From assembly GCA_024679065.1 (NCBI GenBank), contig JAGIQG010000023.1, forward strand, positions 9,920,001-9,984,000: 64,000 nt of DNA. Reading direction: 5' to 3'. Of this stretch, positions 13,501-28,500 are shown piece by piece; position 1 is the stretch's first letter; every line of letters starts with the position of its first letter. The notes under the pieces are model-generated. The model ran no database searches, was not told where the DNA came from, and was given only the letters and a program-made list of their open reading frames with translations. Source of the stretch: Sphyrna mokarran. Taxonomy: Eukaryota. The position numbers and the translations under genes are program-made.

Positions 13501-16500
13501 TGGGATAAATTTTCCAGTCCTGCCAATCCTTGGATATATCCCAGTCGGACAGAAGTTTTGGCGGACTATTTAAAAGTCTGGTGATGGCGAGTGGGAAACT
13601 CTGGGCAGGAATGACCAGGAAATCCTGCCCACTGATTTTATTGGAGACGAGGAGGAACCAATTTATCAAACAAAATCTATTGACTCAGTACACAATTAAG
13701 TGAATGAATTCCATTTACCCAGAAGGGTCTACCCAAAAAGTGCACAGCAGCAAACAGTCTGCAGAATCTACTTTGAAAGAATCCCTGCTAGATGGAATAA
13801 ACAGAATTGATGACAGAAAAAGTTTCAAATTCTCATTTTAAAAACAGAGTCATTTTTCCAGTAAAATCAGCATGGAATGCAAATTTTGTCCTTGTAGTTG
13901 ATTCTAGTCTGCTACCGGATGGTTTCTACCGCAATTTATTGCTGATGCCATGCACTTACTAAACTGAAGTGTAGTGAAACATGGTCAAGTTGACTAATCC
14001 TGCTATTACTTACTGCAGCATCAGTAATAAGGTGCAGCCCTGTTAGTACAATCACTTCCTCTCAAGATTAATTGCTGCAGAGTAAGAGTAATGATGGGTG
14101 AAAAATGAGAAAATAATGGGTTCTAATAGATTTTCTAAACATCTTGTAGTGCTGTCTCTGCTTTAATTAACATCCCAGCCTACACCATACCATCGTTAGT
14201 GCTTACCCTTTGGAATTACATGTCTGGCTTTAGCTTCAGATGTCAAAGCCAAACACATCTGGATGCCTGCTGTGCAAAGTTTTGACTTCAAACTTGAACT
14301 GTTTCAATCAGTAGCTTTTTTTTCAGAGTTGGTTTCACAGGGAAAATAGTTTGATCTGCACAATTTTTTTGAGTAGCCTTTTGATGCGCTCTCAACAAGT
14401 TCATGCACGCATCAATTCAAGGTAATCATTCCATTCATGGTGCCTTAACCTATCATGGGCAGAGATTTGGTGAACTTACAAAAGGCTTTTCTCCAGAAAA
14501 ATTACTCATTGAAAGATTTCACCTCATAGGATTTAGGGAAGAATGGGCTTGAACCTAAGTAGACCTGTGGGCAGCATGGTGGCACAGTGATTAGCACTGC
14601 TGCCTAACACCATCAGAGGCCTGGGTTCAATTTCAGCCTCAGGTCACTGCTTGTGTGGTGTTTGCACTTTCTCCCCATGCCTGCATGGGTTTCCTACCAC
14701 AATCCAAAAATGTTTAGATTGATTGGCCATGCTAAATCAACCCTAGTGTCAGGGGGATTAGCAGGATAAATGTGTGGGGTTAACAGAACAGGGACTGGGT
14801 AGGATTGTGGTTGGTACAGACTCGATGGGCCAAATAGCCTCTCTCTGAGATTCTATGATCCTATGTATTACAGAGAGTAACCAGGAAGAATTAGATTACA
14901 TTCTCGTAACCCACAGACAATCTAAAAAGTCCTTGAGTAACTCCACAGAGTCCAATAACACCACTAGTGCCTATATCAGGAAAAAAAGAGCCCAGGATTT
15001 TCCAGGATACATGATCTGTCAGTACCTCCAGAAAAGACAAGCAAAAATTTCTTAATCCCAAAATAACAAGACCAAATACCAATAATTCTGATAGGGATTT
15101 TCCTCACCCACAATGAGGGCTTATAAGGCCATATCAATCACCTCTATACCAAACCATCTACCCACAACCTTGCTGTGCTGCTACTTACTTTACTGATAAA
15201 CAATTGAAGGGTACCAAGGATTCCAGCACATTAAAAAAAGGTAAATAGCTTTTTTAAAAAAACCTCAAGTACAACCAATTCAGCATGCTCCCCAGTGGAA
15301 ACAATCCCCAAACAAGGAAATATCTCCATATTGCAAACATTGAAAGCCAAAAATTAGAATTTGGCACAGGGCCAGAAGCAGAATGGGTAGAACCCTTTAT
15401 CCACTCCAATCCCACACATCAAAATCAAGGTTGAATGCAAGTGGTAACATATGGTAAACTAAGGCGTTCCTTGTTCTATCATCAGAGCATGCATGTGAAT
15501 GAATTCCAAAGAGAAGAAAAGAACAATCGTGATATTTGCTGTGTAACAGGACACCATAAAAGCCTATGTGCTCATATATCATATATCCTTGTCAAGATAA
15601 AAAAACAACAGCGCAAAATCAGGAATTTTATCACAAAAGAGCAAACCTCAGGACGAAAAACACGTCAAAATGGAAAAAAAAATTCTCATCAGAGAATTTC
15701 TCAAGTTGAAGAAAAAAATCTTTGTCTGAATTGTTGTTCCTGTTGTCAATTTCAATATCTTTTACATCTCTTGTAAATTTCTCGTTGTCCAGCTTCCTTT
15801 CTTCAAGCTCTTATTCTCCTGATTCGATTCTCCATTGGACTAGTTCTTATTTTCTGATTGCTTTTCATAGACTTTAGTTTATTCTCCATTGCTTCATTAA
15901 CTTCTCTTATCTTAGCTTCATTTTTCTTAACTGTCGCAATTTTCTTTTTTCAAGTTTTCAGTCAGTCACTTCATCTGGTTGTTTTAATCTCATAAAATCT
16001 TAGAATCATACAGCGCAGAAAAGGCCCTTCGGCCCATTGAGTCTGTACTGGCAATAACTACCACTAAAGCATACTAATCCCATTTTCCTGCACTTGGCTC
16101 ATTCCTTAAATGTTATGATATTTCAAGGGCACATGCAAATATTTTTTAAATGTTGTAAGGTTTCCGGCCTCCAATACCTTCCCAGGCAGTGCAATCCAGA
16201 TTCCTATCATCCTCTACATGAAAAGAGTTTTTCTCAAAAATGAAACGATGGAAAATCTCTACCATCCGCAGAAAGGTAGAAGTTTTTAAAACTGTTCAAG
16301 GGAACATTAAGGTAAAAGCATATCATATAACTTCTCCCATTGGGAATTTTTGAGCAGATGAATTGATAAAATAAGGTGCTCGAGAAAGAACAACACACCA
16401 GCCTCCTGTTGGTGAACAGATTGATGTTGTTTCTGTTAACCAGATGCACATGGAAGATATTAAGCAGATTCAGTGTAGTGACAATGATTCAAAACAACTA

Positions 16501-19500
16501 CAGGATAGAGCCCACCCAGGGTAGGTCTTATGAGGAAAGACTAAGGGACTTGAGGTTATTTTCATTAGAGAGAAGAAGGCTAAGAGGTAACCTAATTGAG
16601 ACATATAAGATGATCAGAGAGTTAGATAGGGTGGATAGTGAGTGCCTTTTTCCTCGGATGGAGATGGATAATATGAGGGGACGTAGCTTTAAATTAAGGA
16701 GTGGTAGTTATAGGATGGATGTTAGAGGTGGATTCTTTACTCAAAGGGTAGTAAGGGCGTCAAGTTTAAGGGCATTCAAATGGTCAGTGGAAAGGCATAT
16801 GGATAGCATTGGAATAGTTTAGGTTACAGGGTCATAAAATTGGTTCCATTGGTTGGCGCAATGTTGAGGGCCGAAGGGCCTATACTGCACTGTAATGTTC
16901 TATGTTCTATGTTCTACTTCTCATAGCAAATGGAAAGATAAGTTCCAACCACAGGATGCACTTTTTCATAAGAATGGACAGTATGTGATGCCAACCCGGG
17001 ATCATAATCAAATCATTTACCAATACCATGATTTTCAGGGTCATTAAGGAGCAGAAAAGCTACCCTTAGCCTTGAAAAAGCTGTATAATAATTCTTGGGA
17101 ATGTTCAAGCTGCTCAGATGTCTCAGATGTTCCATTAAAAATGGAACAGAAAAGGAAGCAGAGTAAGGCTTATTTTGATGTTAAATCTGTTTAAGTCACA
17201 GGTAGATAGATTTTTAACCAATAGGGAAATTAAGGGTTTTGGGGAGCAGAGGGGTAAGTGGAACTGAACCCACTATCGGATCAGCCATGACCTTATTGAA
17301 TGGCGGAGCAGCCTTGAGGGGCCAGATGGCCTACTCCTGCTCCTATTTCTTATGTTTTTATGACAGTAAAGTGAATCCTATAGAGTACAAGATGGGACAA
17401 CTGATTATGCTTCCAGTTTACCAACCTGATACATTCTTATCCCCCAGATATTCTGGGCCTCACCCTATTCAGAGTAGTCAGCCTATTCAGAGTGTTCGGA
17501 GTAGTCATCAATATCGTGTGATGTGGGAAACATATTATCGAAATAATACCAGTGATATTTGCCAGTTTGATTCTAGTACATTGGATTCATGAATTTTGCA
17601 TTTAGATAATGAATCACTAAGTATTTGAGCAGGGAATTCATCAGATGGTTCATCAGTTCAGTCAAAGGATACACTAAGATTACAATATTAGGAGATGAGG
17701 AAAATCTTCTAGTTGATGTCCTAGATAGACAGAGAAGAGGAATGACATTGAGGATGATGATGAGGAGAATGATGAGGAAGTGAATGTTCAGGTTACAGGA
17801 AAGCAAGATTAGGGTCAGATGGAGGAACAAACAGTTGAACAGAAAGTTGAACCGAAAGTTGAACCGAAGGTTGAGCAAGCAATGGAGCCAGCAGTTGGGC
17901 AACTTTAAATGATGAGACGATTCTCTCCTGCTTAGTCCAGAGCTTAGGAGAAAGCTCTTTCTAATGCCAGGATAAAGTTGTTTCTAATGCCCTCCTCTGC
18001 TTGGTCCTGATGAGTAATCATGGTAGTGGTAGGTAGCAGTTGTTGCTCAGAACCCCTTTCCTCACCATTTCTCCCCCCCCCCCCGCCCCCTCCCCACCAC
18101 ATGTACTCATTCCATCTACTCCCCCGGCTCCTCTCCCACTCCACCCCCACCTCCATCCCCATCCCCACAGCCTCTGCTGTGATCGATAGCTATCTGTTCC
18201 AGCCTCTTCCTTTCCCCATGCCTTTCGGACAGATCCCTGGCCATTTTTTTAAACTTCAATCATTGCTCTCTCTTCTTTCTATTTATTTTCTTTTAAAAAA
18301 ACTCAGCAGCAATTTCCTATCTTGTTTTTTTTTAACTTGAGTTCCACTTCCTTTTTAAATCAAAATCACAGCTTTTGCCTCTGAGGACTATTTTCTCTTC
18401 ATTTTTTTTCCCTCACGGATTTCTAAACCTCAGACTGTACCAACCAACCCACGTTTGTTCTGCATCCATTCCCCAGGGTCTGGGAACAATCTCAACATAT
18501 CACTGAGTCTTATTTACTCAAAAACAGGCATTCGACTGAGTGTCATTTTTCTTCAGACTTCAATTAAAACTAAATACTCACAGGTTGACAATGTCATCAG
18601 AATGCATTTTATTCTCATTGCTGGTGTAATAATGCACTTGACAGACTTTGTCAGGAACACAAAGGGTGATTATTAACAAGAAAAAGCTGTATGGAGGCCA
18701 GCAGCTGCCCTGCACATCCCCACTCCCACTATTCCCCTCACCACACCACCATGGAGCAGCCTACAGACTACCCCAGCCTCTACCTGCCTACTACATGCCT
18801 ATAGTCTGCCTTCTGCCTAAGAGAGAGCTGTACCATAAAATCCCTGCAGTGCAGAAAAAGGCCATTTGGCCTCACTTGCTCTCAGTCCCAATTTGTCCCT
18901 CAAGATAGATGATCCTTGTGCTGCCCTTAAAGGGACAATCGCCACAAGAGTCAACTAATTATGGGTTGTGCATCAAGATTTTTAAAAAAGGATTAAAATA
19001 TGAACGGCCCCAAGCTTGTGAAAGCACATTCACTTACATCATGTGATGCCCAGGTCTTCCATTTTGAACACATCTAATTAGATGTGCAGAATAAAACAAT
19101 CATAGGATTCCAAACAAGTATATATTCTTTATTGTCTGCAAAAATTTACGACATGGAACGAACCAATTGAAGAGAAATAGAAACTCACCTTTGTTGACTT
19201 TCTTCAGGTACAACAGTAGAGAAACAGTGAGCATAATAAGAATGGCCCCCAGCACTGCGAGCACAATGTAAATCACACTGTGGTACAGAGAATAGAAAAG
19301 GGTCAGTGCAAGTTCACAACTGATCATAGCCATTTAGTTATAATTAAAGTAAGTTTTATACTGATAGAGCGTCTTTGAAGATTTCAGGACATCTCAAAAC
19401 ACTTTATGAGATGAAGGAATTTTAAAGTGTAGTTACTGCTGTCATAGAGGAAATGTGGCAGCCAATTTGCGCACAGCATGGTCACAGAAACAGAAATGAG

Positions 19501-22500
19501 AGCGACCAGATAATCTGCTTTTTTTTAAATAAGGGATAATTATTCACCAAGCCATCAGGGAAATGTCCTTTGTTTCTTCAAAGATTATCACAAGCTTTGT
19601 TTTATTCACCTGAGGGAACAAAGGGAAAGCAAAGGCCCAATGGTATTATTGCTAGACTATTAATCCAGAAACTCAGCAAATGTTCTAGGGACCAAGGTTC
19701 AAATCCTGCCATGGCAGTTGGTGGAATTCGAATTCAATAAAAAATATCTGGAATTAAGAATCTACTGATGATCATGAAACCATTGTCGATTGTCAGAAAA
19801 ACCCATCTGGTTCACTAATGTCCTTTGGGGAAGGAAATCTGCTGTTCCTTACTCAGTCTGGCCTACATGTGACTCCAGAGCCACAGCGATGTGGTTGACT
19901 TCCAACTACCCTCGGGCAACTAGGGATGGGCAATAAATGCTGGCCAGCTAGTGTCACCCGATGTCACACGAATGAATAAAAAGAAATGGGGCCTAGGTTT
20001 AACATTGCCTCCTCAAGGTGACACCTCTGACAGCACAGCCCTTCCTCAGGGCTGCACAGGAGTATCTGCCCAGATAATGGGGAGAATTCCATCCTCGCAG
20101 CTGTGTGTTTCTCAGAGGTACGCTGTTCATTGGTGACAGGATTCTGCAATCCCACCTCTGTCAGTGGGATTTTCATTGATGTCACCACATGTTACTTCTG
20201 GGTAAAGGGGTTGAGGGTGAGTGCGGAGTTGGGGAAGGAGGTGAGATTTTGTTAGTACTCAAAAGGACAGGAACTTTGACCTGATTAGTGGGATGGGAAA
20301 TTCTGATCAGGCAATGATAATGTCAGAGACATGTTTGAGGCATATCAAGTCTCACATGTTAGCCTGTGGGGAGTTCCTACTTGGGATACTCAATCGTAGT
20401 AAGAAGTCTCATAACACCAGGTCAGAGTCCAACCAATTTATTTGAAGTAATCTTACAAGCACGTTGGTTAGAATCTAACTTGGTGTTGTGAGACTTCTTA
20501 CTGTGTTTACCCCAGTCCAACGCCAGCATCTCCACATCATGAATACATTTCATTAATTATGTCCTATTTTCTGTGCTCCTGACTATGGTGGTGATGATGG
20601 GAGGTGGTTTGGTACAGTCATTCAAGATAAAAAATTAAGGAGCCTAAAGAGCTGAGTCAGTACTCTCCAGATGTGTATCCATCTCATTGTCAGACGTAGC
20701 TCTTTCAGGGCTTTGGGTTTCTCATTGTGCGTCCTCAGACAATGTCTTACACAATGCATGGGCCAGCTCAGCCTGCAAGTTCAGTCATGCCTCACAGAGT
20801 TGCAACTACAACAGTGGACACTGAGCTAAGCATTCAATAAAGGGTCAATAAAAATGTTCCAATATTGTTCCTGCCACAATAAAGGAAATGTCCCTAACCC
20901 TCCTGCCCCCATCAAGTGAGGTGTGCCAGCAATTTCACTCTGTGCTAATAAAATCTTGACAAATAATGATGACACACACATAAATAGAATGAAAACAGTG
21001 CAATGTGGACTATTCCCAGGTGAGATTTAATTTTCACTCGTGCTACCTCTCTACTCTTTGTGGATGACAAAGGACCTAGGTCGGAAATTTGTGGGGGTGA
21101 TGTACAGCCAGTCTGTCTGACCATGATGCTGCCTATAGATACGGCATCATTGACCGATAGTGGGCTTCACCAATATAAAGCTTTCTCTTGCTATTAAATT
21201 ACAACTGTTTTGCAGGCTCTCCCTAGCACATAAAATTTTAACCACAATTGAATGTGAAAATGTAAAAAAAGAGAGACAATTCCGATTACGACATTGGGAA
21301 TGAAACCCTGTTGACAAAAATCTTGCTGTTGTATTTTTCTTATGCAAACTGTACTAATCAATTCAGCAGCAATGAGTACATTTTACCTTGTGAATCGTAG
21401 GGTTTGGTTTTGATTCTCATTGTGATGTATGTTTGTATTTGTGGATACTGTTGAAGAATCTGGACAAGAATATTCAGGTCCTGTTAAAACAGGGGAAATA
21501 ATGTTCAGATTCACTTCATTGTCACTTCTAGCTAATCAAGAGAGCATCAATGTCAGCTGGAACCTACAGGAAGAGCCTAGATGATATAATGGATTTATAT
21601 GATTTAATTTCTCTCTTTCCTATAGCAATTAGAACTCATGCTGATACCTGACTGAGATTCATTCTTATGATCATTTCAGTTTCTTTCTCACATCTGAGAG
21701 TTGTGCTACAGAGTTCGTACTGAGTAGTTAAACAGTGGATTACAGTCCAGATATATTCTTTTGTACCATGTGAAAACATAGACCCAGATTTTTTCCTTGA
21801 TGGTAGGCTGTACTGTTATGGCAAAAATCCTTCAAAAAGATCTCAGCACACTTTTGGGGAGGTTTGGCACGTTTTTAGGATTGCTAAAATTAAAAATGAT
21901 GATACACATTTTATGGTCAAATGCATTGGAACTGTCAAGCTGTCAAAGAACTGTCCAGCACTCAGTTGACATAGGCTAGGGCACAGGGACTGTTTGGGGG
22001 ACAGAATGAGGGCTGGAGGGCTGCTTTTTGGTTTAAATTATTTTCCTATTTGCTTAAGCACAAATGCCTTCCACTCAGCCCTCCTCCCATCCAGCAATTT
22101 TCACAACAATTCTGGGCAAGGGCTGCAGGTAGTCATTTTTGAAGGTCAGGTTTGCAGAGCACACCCCACTCCATCTGCAAAGCCCCCGCCATTCTCCTGG
22201 TGTCTGCACACCCGGCCCAGAAGCAAAAATCCAGGCCATAAAGTTGCAGGTAGAGAGCTGGCCTCTGCTCCCAATGGAAAATGTATTTCTGGGGACCCAA
22301 TAACCATGATCCTACTCTGGAAAGATGTCCTTGAGGGAAAAGGAATATCAGTTGGGCATTGACTGCAAAAACAAATCAAGCAGCTGATATTTGTGTTAAA
22401 AGAATGCTCTGTTAAAAGAATGTATTTATTCAAACAATTTACAGATAAATGCTATCTTATCATACAAAACAGTCACCTGCTAAAATCGACAATGATCATT

Positions 22501-25500
22501 TTCTTGTCTTTTGAGTTAGTATTCTGGCCTTGCAGTAACAATGGGAAACTTTACCTACTGGCAGTGGCTATCACAAAATCTGACCACTGGGCTGGAACCT
22601 TACCACCATTCACACCGTTGAGAATTTCCCCAGAACTGAAGTTTGGCTGGCTGCCAAGTTCCCCGACGTCCTGCAGCCGGGAGTGTGTTGTGAACAACAC
22701 TCAGATCGCGCCCACCATAATTTGTGTAGTTGGTGTTCAAGCCTTCCTGCCTCTAGTGAGCATTCAGGTAATTGACTCTGGGGAGTTTTAAGTTAACCGC
22801 TTATTTCAAAATGGACAAAAATTACTTTAATTTCTATAATACCTTTCACAACCTTGGGAGGGCTCAAAATGCTTCACAACCAATGAAGAACTATTCTGAA
22901 GTGTCATCATGGTTTTGTGGCAGAGAAATGTGAAAGCCAACTTGCATGCAGCAAAATCCCGTAAGAAGCCATAAGATGAAGCACCAGTTACAGCTTGAAG
23001 TCAGTGGACTGGCCGGTATTTAGAAACTCTGTGACCAGCCTGTAGGAGTACACCACCACAGTCACTGACTTCATTAGTAAGTGTGTAGAAGACTGTATGC
23101 CAAAGAAGCAAATCTGCAAATTTCCCAGCTGGAAACCATGGAGGAACAGGGATATCCACAGCTTGCTAAAGTCCAGGTCTGAGGTGCTCAAGTCTGGTTA
23201 TCCTGATCTATACAAGAAAGACAGGTATGATCTAAGGAGATCCATCAAAGATGCTAAAAGACAATACTGGACCAAACTAGAGTCCCAGGCTAGCCACTCC
23301 AACTCCCACCGACAATGGCAAGGTTTGTAAGACATAACAGGCTACAAGATGAAGGCATGTAAAATTGCCGGCTTCAACACACCCCTCACTGATGAGCTCA
23401 ATGCATTCTATGCCCATTTTGAGCAAGAGGTCAACGAGAGTATGCCCTCTACCCAGGATGAATCTGTATTTGGGTTCATCATTGCAAGTGTCAGAACAGC
23501 TTTCTCAAAGGTCAACCCACAGAAAGCGATTGTTCCAGATGGGGTACCTGAACGAGCACTCAGATCCTGTCTGGATCAGTTGGTAGGGATATTTGTAGAC
23601 ATCTTCAATCTCTCTTTACAACAATCTGAGGTCCCTATCTGCTTCAAGAAGACGGCCATCATTCAGATACTAAAGAAAAGCCTTAATGACTATTGGCCAG
23701 TGGCTCGGACATCCATCATTATGAAATACTTCATAATATTTAGAAATATTACATAGTACTTAGAAGGGAATCGAAGGATTGAGAAAGCAAAATAGAAGAA
23801 GGAAAATCAATATTATATTTAATTTAATGTAAAAGGATGGACAATCTGGAAATGGAACTGAAATTGTTTAAAGATGAAGGTGAGAAAGACCTTAGTCATG
23901 GTTGATTCAATGGCTGGAATTTTACCAGTCAAGGCATGAATCAGTTTCAGCCTCCTGGACTGCCTGGACCCATTACGCTACAACTACCACTACAACAGGT
24001 CCACAACAGACATCATTTCCCTGGTCCTGCACTCAACTGTGGAACATCTAGATAATAAGGACAGGCTCCTATTTATTAACTACAGCTCAGCCTTCAACGC
24101 CATTATTCCTACAAAACTTATCTTCAGATTTTGTGGTCTGGGCTTCGGCTCCTCTCTCTGCAGCTGGATTCTGAACTTCCTAATCCACAGACGACAATCA
24201 GTACAGATAGGCAACAACACATCTTCCACAATCATCCTCAACACAGGTGCCTGACAAGGTTGTGTTCTCAGCCCCCTACTGTACTCCTTATACACCTAAG
24301 ACTGTGCGACCAAATTCTCCTCCAATTCGATTTTCAAGTTTGCTGATGACATACCGTAGTGGGTTGGATCTCAAACAGTGATGAGGCAGAGAACAAGAAA
24401 AAGATAGAGAATCTGGTACGGCAACAATAATCTCTTCCTCAATGTCAACAAAGTGAAGGAGATTTTTAGCGACTTCAGAAAGCATAGAGAATATTCTCTT
24501 CTCAACATCAACGGGGACAAAGTGGAAAAGATTGAGAGGTTCAAGCTTTTAGGTGTCCAGATCACCAACAACCTGTCCTGGTTCCACCCATGCCGACATC
24601 ATAATTAAAAAGCCCATCACATCTCTACTTTCTCAGACGACTAAGGAAATTTGGCATGTTAACTACGACTCTCACCAATCTTCACAGATGCACCATAGAA
24701 AGCATTCTTTCTGGTTCTTTCACAGCTTGGTATGGCTCCTGTTCTGCCCAAGACTGCAAGAAACTACAAAAGGTTGTGAATGGAGCCCAATCCATCACAC
24801 AAACCAACCTCTCATCCATTGACTCTGCCTACACTTCCCGCTGTCTTGGAAAGCAGCTAGCATAATTAAGGACCCCACACACCCAAGATATTCAATCTTC
24901 CACCTTCTCCCATTGGGAAAAAAATACAAAAGTCCGAGGATACCTATCCACCAACTCAAGAACAACTTCGTCCCTGCTTTTGAATGAACTTAGCTTGCAT
25001 TAAGTTGATTGTTCTCTACACCCTAGCTATGATTGTAACACAACATTCTGCACACTCTCATTTCCTTCTCTATGAACGGTATGCTTTGTCTATATAGCGC
25101 ATAAGAAACAATACTTTTCATTGTATACTAATACATATGATAATAATAAATCAAATCAAATCAAATCAGAAATCTGTTCCAGTACCATTGACTGAAAGTT
25201 TGGCGAGGCTCCAAATTCTTCTTTGAACAATGTCATGGAATCTGATACATCTACTTGACCATTATTGTTACATTCTCTCTGAAAGAGCTCCCTACTTAAT
25301 TCCATTGACTTTGTCCACACACTTCAAATGTGCTTCTTTTAACTTCCCTTTTAAAAGTTATTGTTGAACCATTTCCTGACATTAAGGGCAGAATCTTACC
25401 AAGTTTGGCTAAATGTCATTTTTGGCATCAACTCTCGGTCTTTTGCCTAAGATAAAATGTCAGATCAAGCCCAAGATGGGGTATAATGCCTTATCTTGTC

Positions 25501-28500
25501 AGCTTGATCTTATTTGTCTCTTAGGTGGGGACCATGAATTGGATTAATTTGGATTTTGAAGTTGTTTTTTGCAATAAGCAAGGAATGGATTTGGATTTGC
25601 CCGGTTTAATCTCAGCAGCGGCTTTGTAACTTCAAATAGAGTAAAAGGAGTGTTTTTATGAAGCAGTTTTTGATGCAAAACCTGGAGAGAATCCCACCAG
25701 CTCTGTCAGTGCGACCTAGACCAGAATTGTTAGATACTAGAAAAATAATTTGTTTATCGGGATACACCCATGTCCCGTAGCGTTATGTATCTGACTTGCT
25801 CGCCCCTCTAATACCAGTATGTCTTTCCTTAGAAAAGGGGACCAAAGCTGTTCACAATATTTCAGGTGGGGTCCAGTTAGTTCTTATACAATTTAAGCAA
25901 GACTTCTTTTTTGTTTTGTTATTCCATTCCCTTTGAAATAAAGGCCAACATTGCATTTGCCTTCCCTAGTACCCACTGAACTTGCTAGCTTTTTGTGACT
26001 TATATATGAAGCCCCCTGAATATGTACATGTGCAGCTTTCTGCAGTCTTTCTCCACTTAAATAATGCAGTTCCTTTATTCTCCTACCAAAGTGCATAACC
26101 TCACAGTTCCCTACATTATATTCCATTTGCAAGATTTTTTTCCTCTCACTCAACCTACTGACAAACCAAATAAAGTGAATTTCATCAGTTCCTGTAACTT
26201 GGAGTGACTGACAGAACTTAACCTGTGACTGACCAGTTTGGATAAACACTAGTTTAACCATTCAGGCACCAAATGGTTTTGTTTACAGCAACACTTACCA
26301 ATGCTGTTGACTTCTATCATATAACTGCAGTCATTCTTTGATCTGTTGATCAGTGACACTGTAACCATTTCACTGGATTTGTCTCCCTGGTTATTTGAGG
26401 CTGTGCAGTAATATTGATGACGTTGCTGGGTGAAGGATTGACAACGTAGATCCAGTTTATTGGTGTCAGAGATCTTTGAATCTTCAGATCGGGTCTTTTC
26501 GTACCACGTGTACTCAATGGGAATTGATCCCTGGACAGACTCACAGGAGACAGACACTGAGCCCCCAGAACACGAGGCACTTGGTGGTGATAGAAATTTA
26601 AGTTCAAGAACAGACACGGGTTCTGTGGGAAAGGAACAAACGTTCAGAAACTGACTGAATATCCAAACATCAAACATTTCATTTTTCACCACTCCTGTAT
26701 TCCTCCAGGGCCTGTTTGTTGGAATTTCACTAGTATATCTACCTCTCCATATTTCTCTACGCTCCTGCATCCTGAACCACTTCATTATGTCAGAATTTCA
26801 GGTTTCTGGTTGAAACGAGCAGCAATGATACTGAGAACATCTCAATGTGAAAATCAAGGTTAACAATATCTCTCAGTCACAGATAGCCAGTCTCCAATAC
26901 TACTTAATAGTCTAACTCTCAAATGTAATGTTGCCATAGTCCCAGAGTCCACTCAGCCCTTTGAGGGGGAGAGCTGACTGGTGGTGATGAAACCTGAGGA
27001 CCACCACACTCAGGCGAAGGGCAAGGTTGAAAAGTGTTGTCTTCATGGATAACTTCAGCCAGTACAGGAATTGAACCTGCGATGTTGGCATTGCTTTGCA
27101 TCACAAACCAACCATTCAGCCAACTGAGCTAACTGATGCTGACTCTCAAATGTGATCTAGTAATGTATTTTAATATGTTGATCTACAATACTGTCTAATC
27201 AGATCACTCTTCAATGTGAACTGATTGGAGAGAATTGTGGATCAATACATCCATATTATAGAATTAAATTATAGAATAAATTATAAATAAATTATATAAA
27301 TATAAATTATAAATTATAGAAAAATTGCCAGATATCAGTTACAGACAGTGTAGATTTGCACTTGGTTGGGGGAATAAGATGGGGGGGAGGTGTCGAAGGA
27401 GTCCTGCTCCTCCAGAACTACATATGGGCATTGGAATAAACTTCATAGAATCATAGAAACCCTACATCAAGTCTGTATCAACTACAATCTCACCAGCCCT
27501 ATCCCATAACCTCATGCATTTACCCTAGCCTAATCCCCCTGATATTAAGGGATAATTCAGCATAACCAATCTACCTAACCCATCTTTGGACTGTGAGAAG
27601 AAAAGGAGTCCTGGAAGAAATCCATGCAGATATGGGAAGATTGTATGCAAACTCCACACAGACGGTGACCCAAGATTGCAATTGAACCTGGGAGTTCCTG
27701 GCACTGTGAGGCAGCAGTGTTAACCATTGTCACCTACTACATGAGAAATTCCCCACTGCTTTCAGCATCCCAGTCTCCCAAACCCTGGAAAACATAGCCC
27801 ACAACTATTAGATTCAAATGGATCCCAAAATGGGAAAGATGGAGTCATAGTTAGATGTAGTAGTCATTAATCTGTCTCCACAGAGGAGATACTCAGACAA
27901 CTTGAACCTGTACTATAAACAGGGCCTAGTTTTAAGGTTGATAAAATTGGATATCCGAAATTAAAGAATTGGGCATATTAAAATCAATCACAGTCAAACC
28001 ACGGGCAGGCCAATTGTACAATATACAAACATGTCTGGGCCTGTTCATCAATCACCCATTATACAGTTGTGAACAATGTGTGTGGGAGGCCTGTCACTAC
28101 ATCACAGGCTATCGACTGCCGCCTCAATGATCACTCTTTCCATCAAAGACTTCTGGGGCAAGGTCTGGCTGAACACAGTTTTCTCTGCCCTCTGATGCGA
28201 CAGTGAAGGAATGGTGAGATATTCCCAAGTCAGGATGATGTATATTTGGAAGGGAATTTGCACATGGTGGTGCTCCCATGTATCTGCAGCTCTTATCCTT
28301 CAAGGTGGGAGAGATTGTGCATTTAGAGGCTGCTGTATATCATCTGTCTATTAGTTTTAGCCTAATGCAAACATTTGATTATATGATATTTAACAATGTT
28401 CAGATACAGAAATTTGTGCTAGCATCAGAATGAATGTTAACACCAAACCCTGTAATTCTTGGTGATATGAGTCTGTTCCATTGCACAAGGGAGCCAATCA

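Noticed and set aside
17573-18340. Acidic, Pro-rich and Gly-rich ORFs
   Set aside because: Explained by low-complexity DNA; interrupted by stops and lacking splice support.
27255-27322. AT-rich short tandem array as CRISPR-like or regulatory repeat
   Set aside because: Simple degenerate (AAATTAT)n microsatellite with no spacers.
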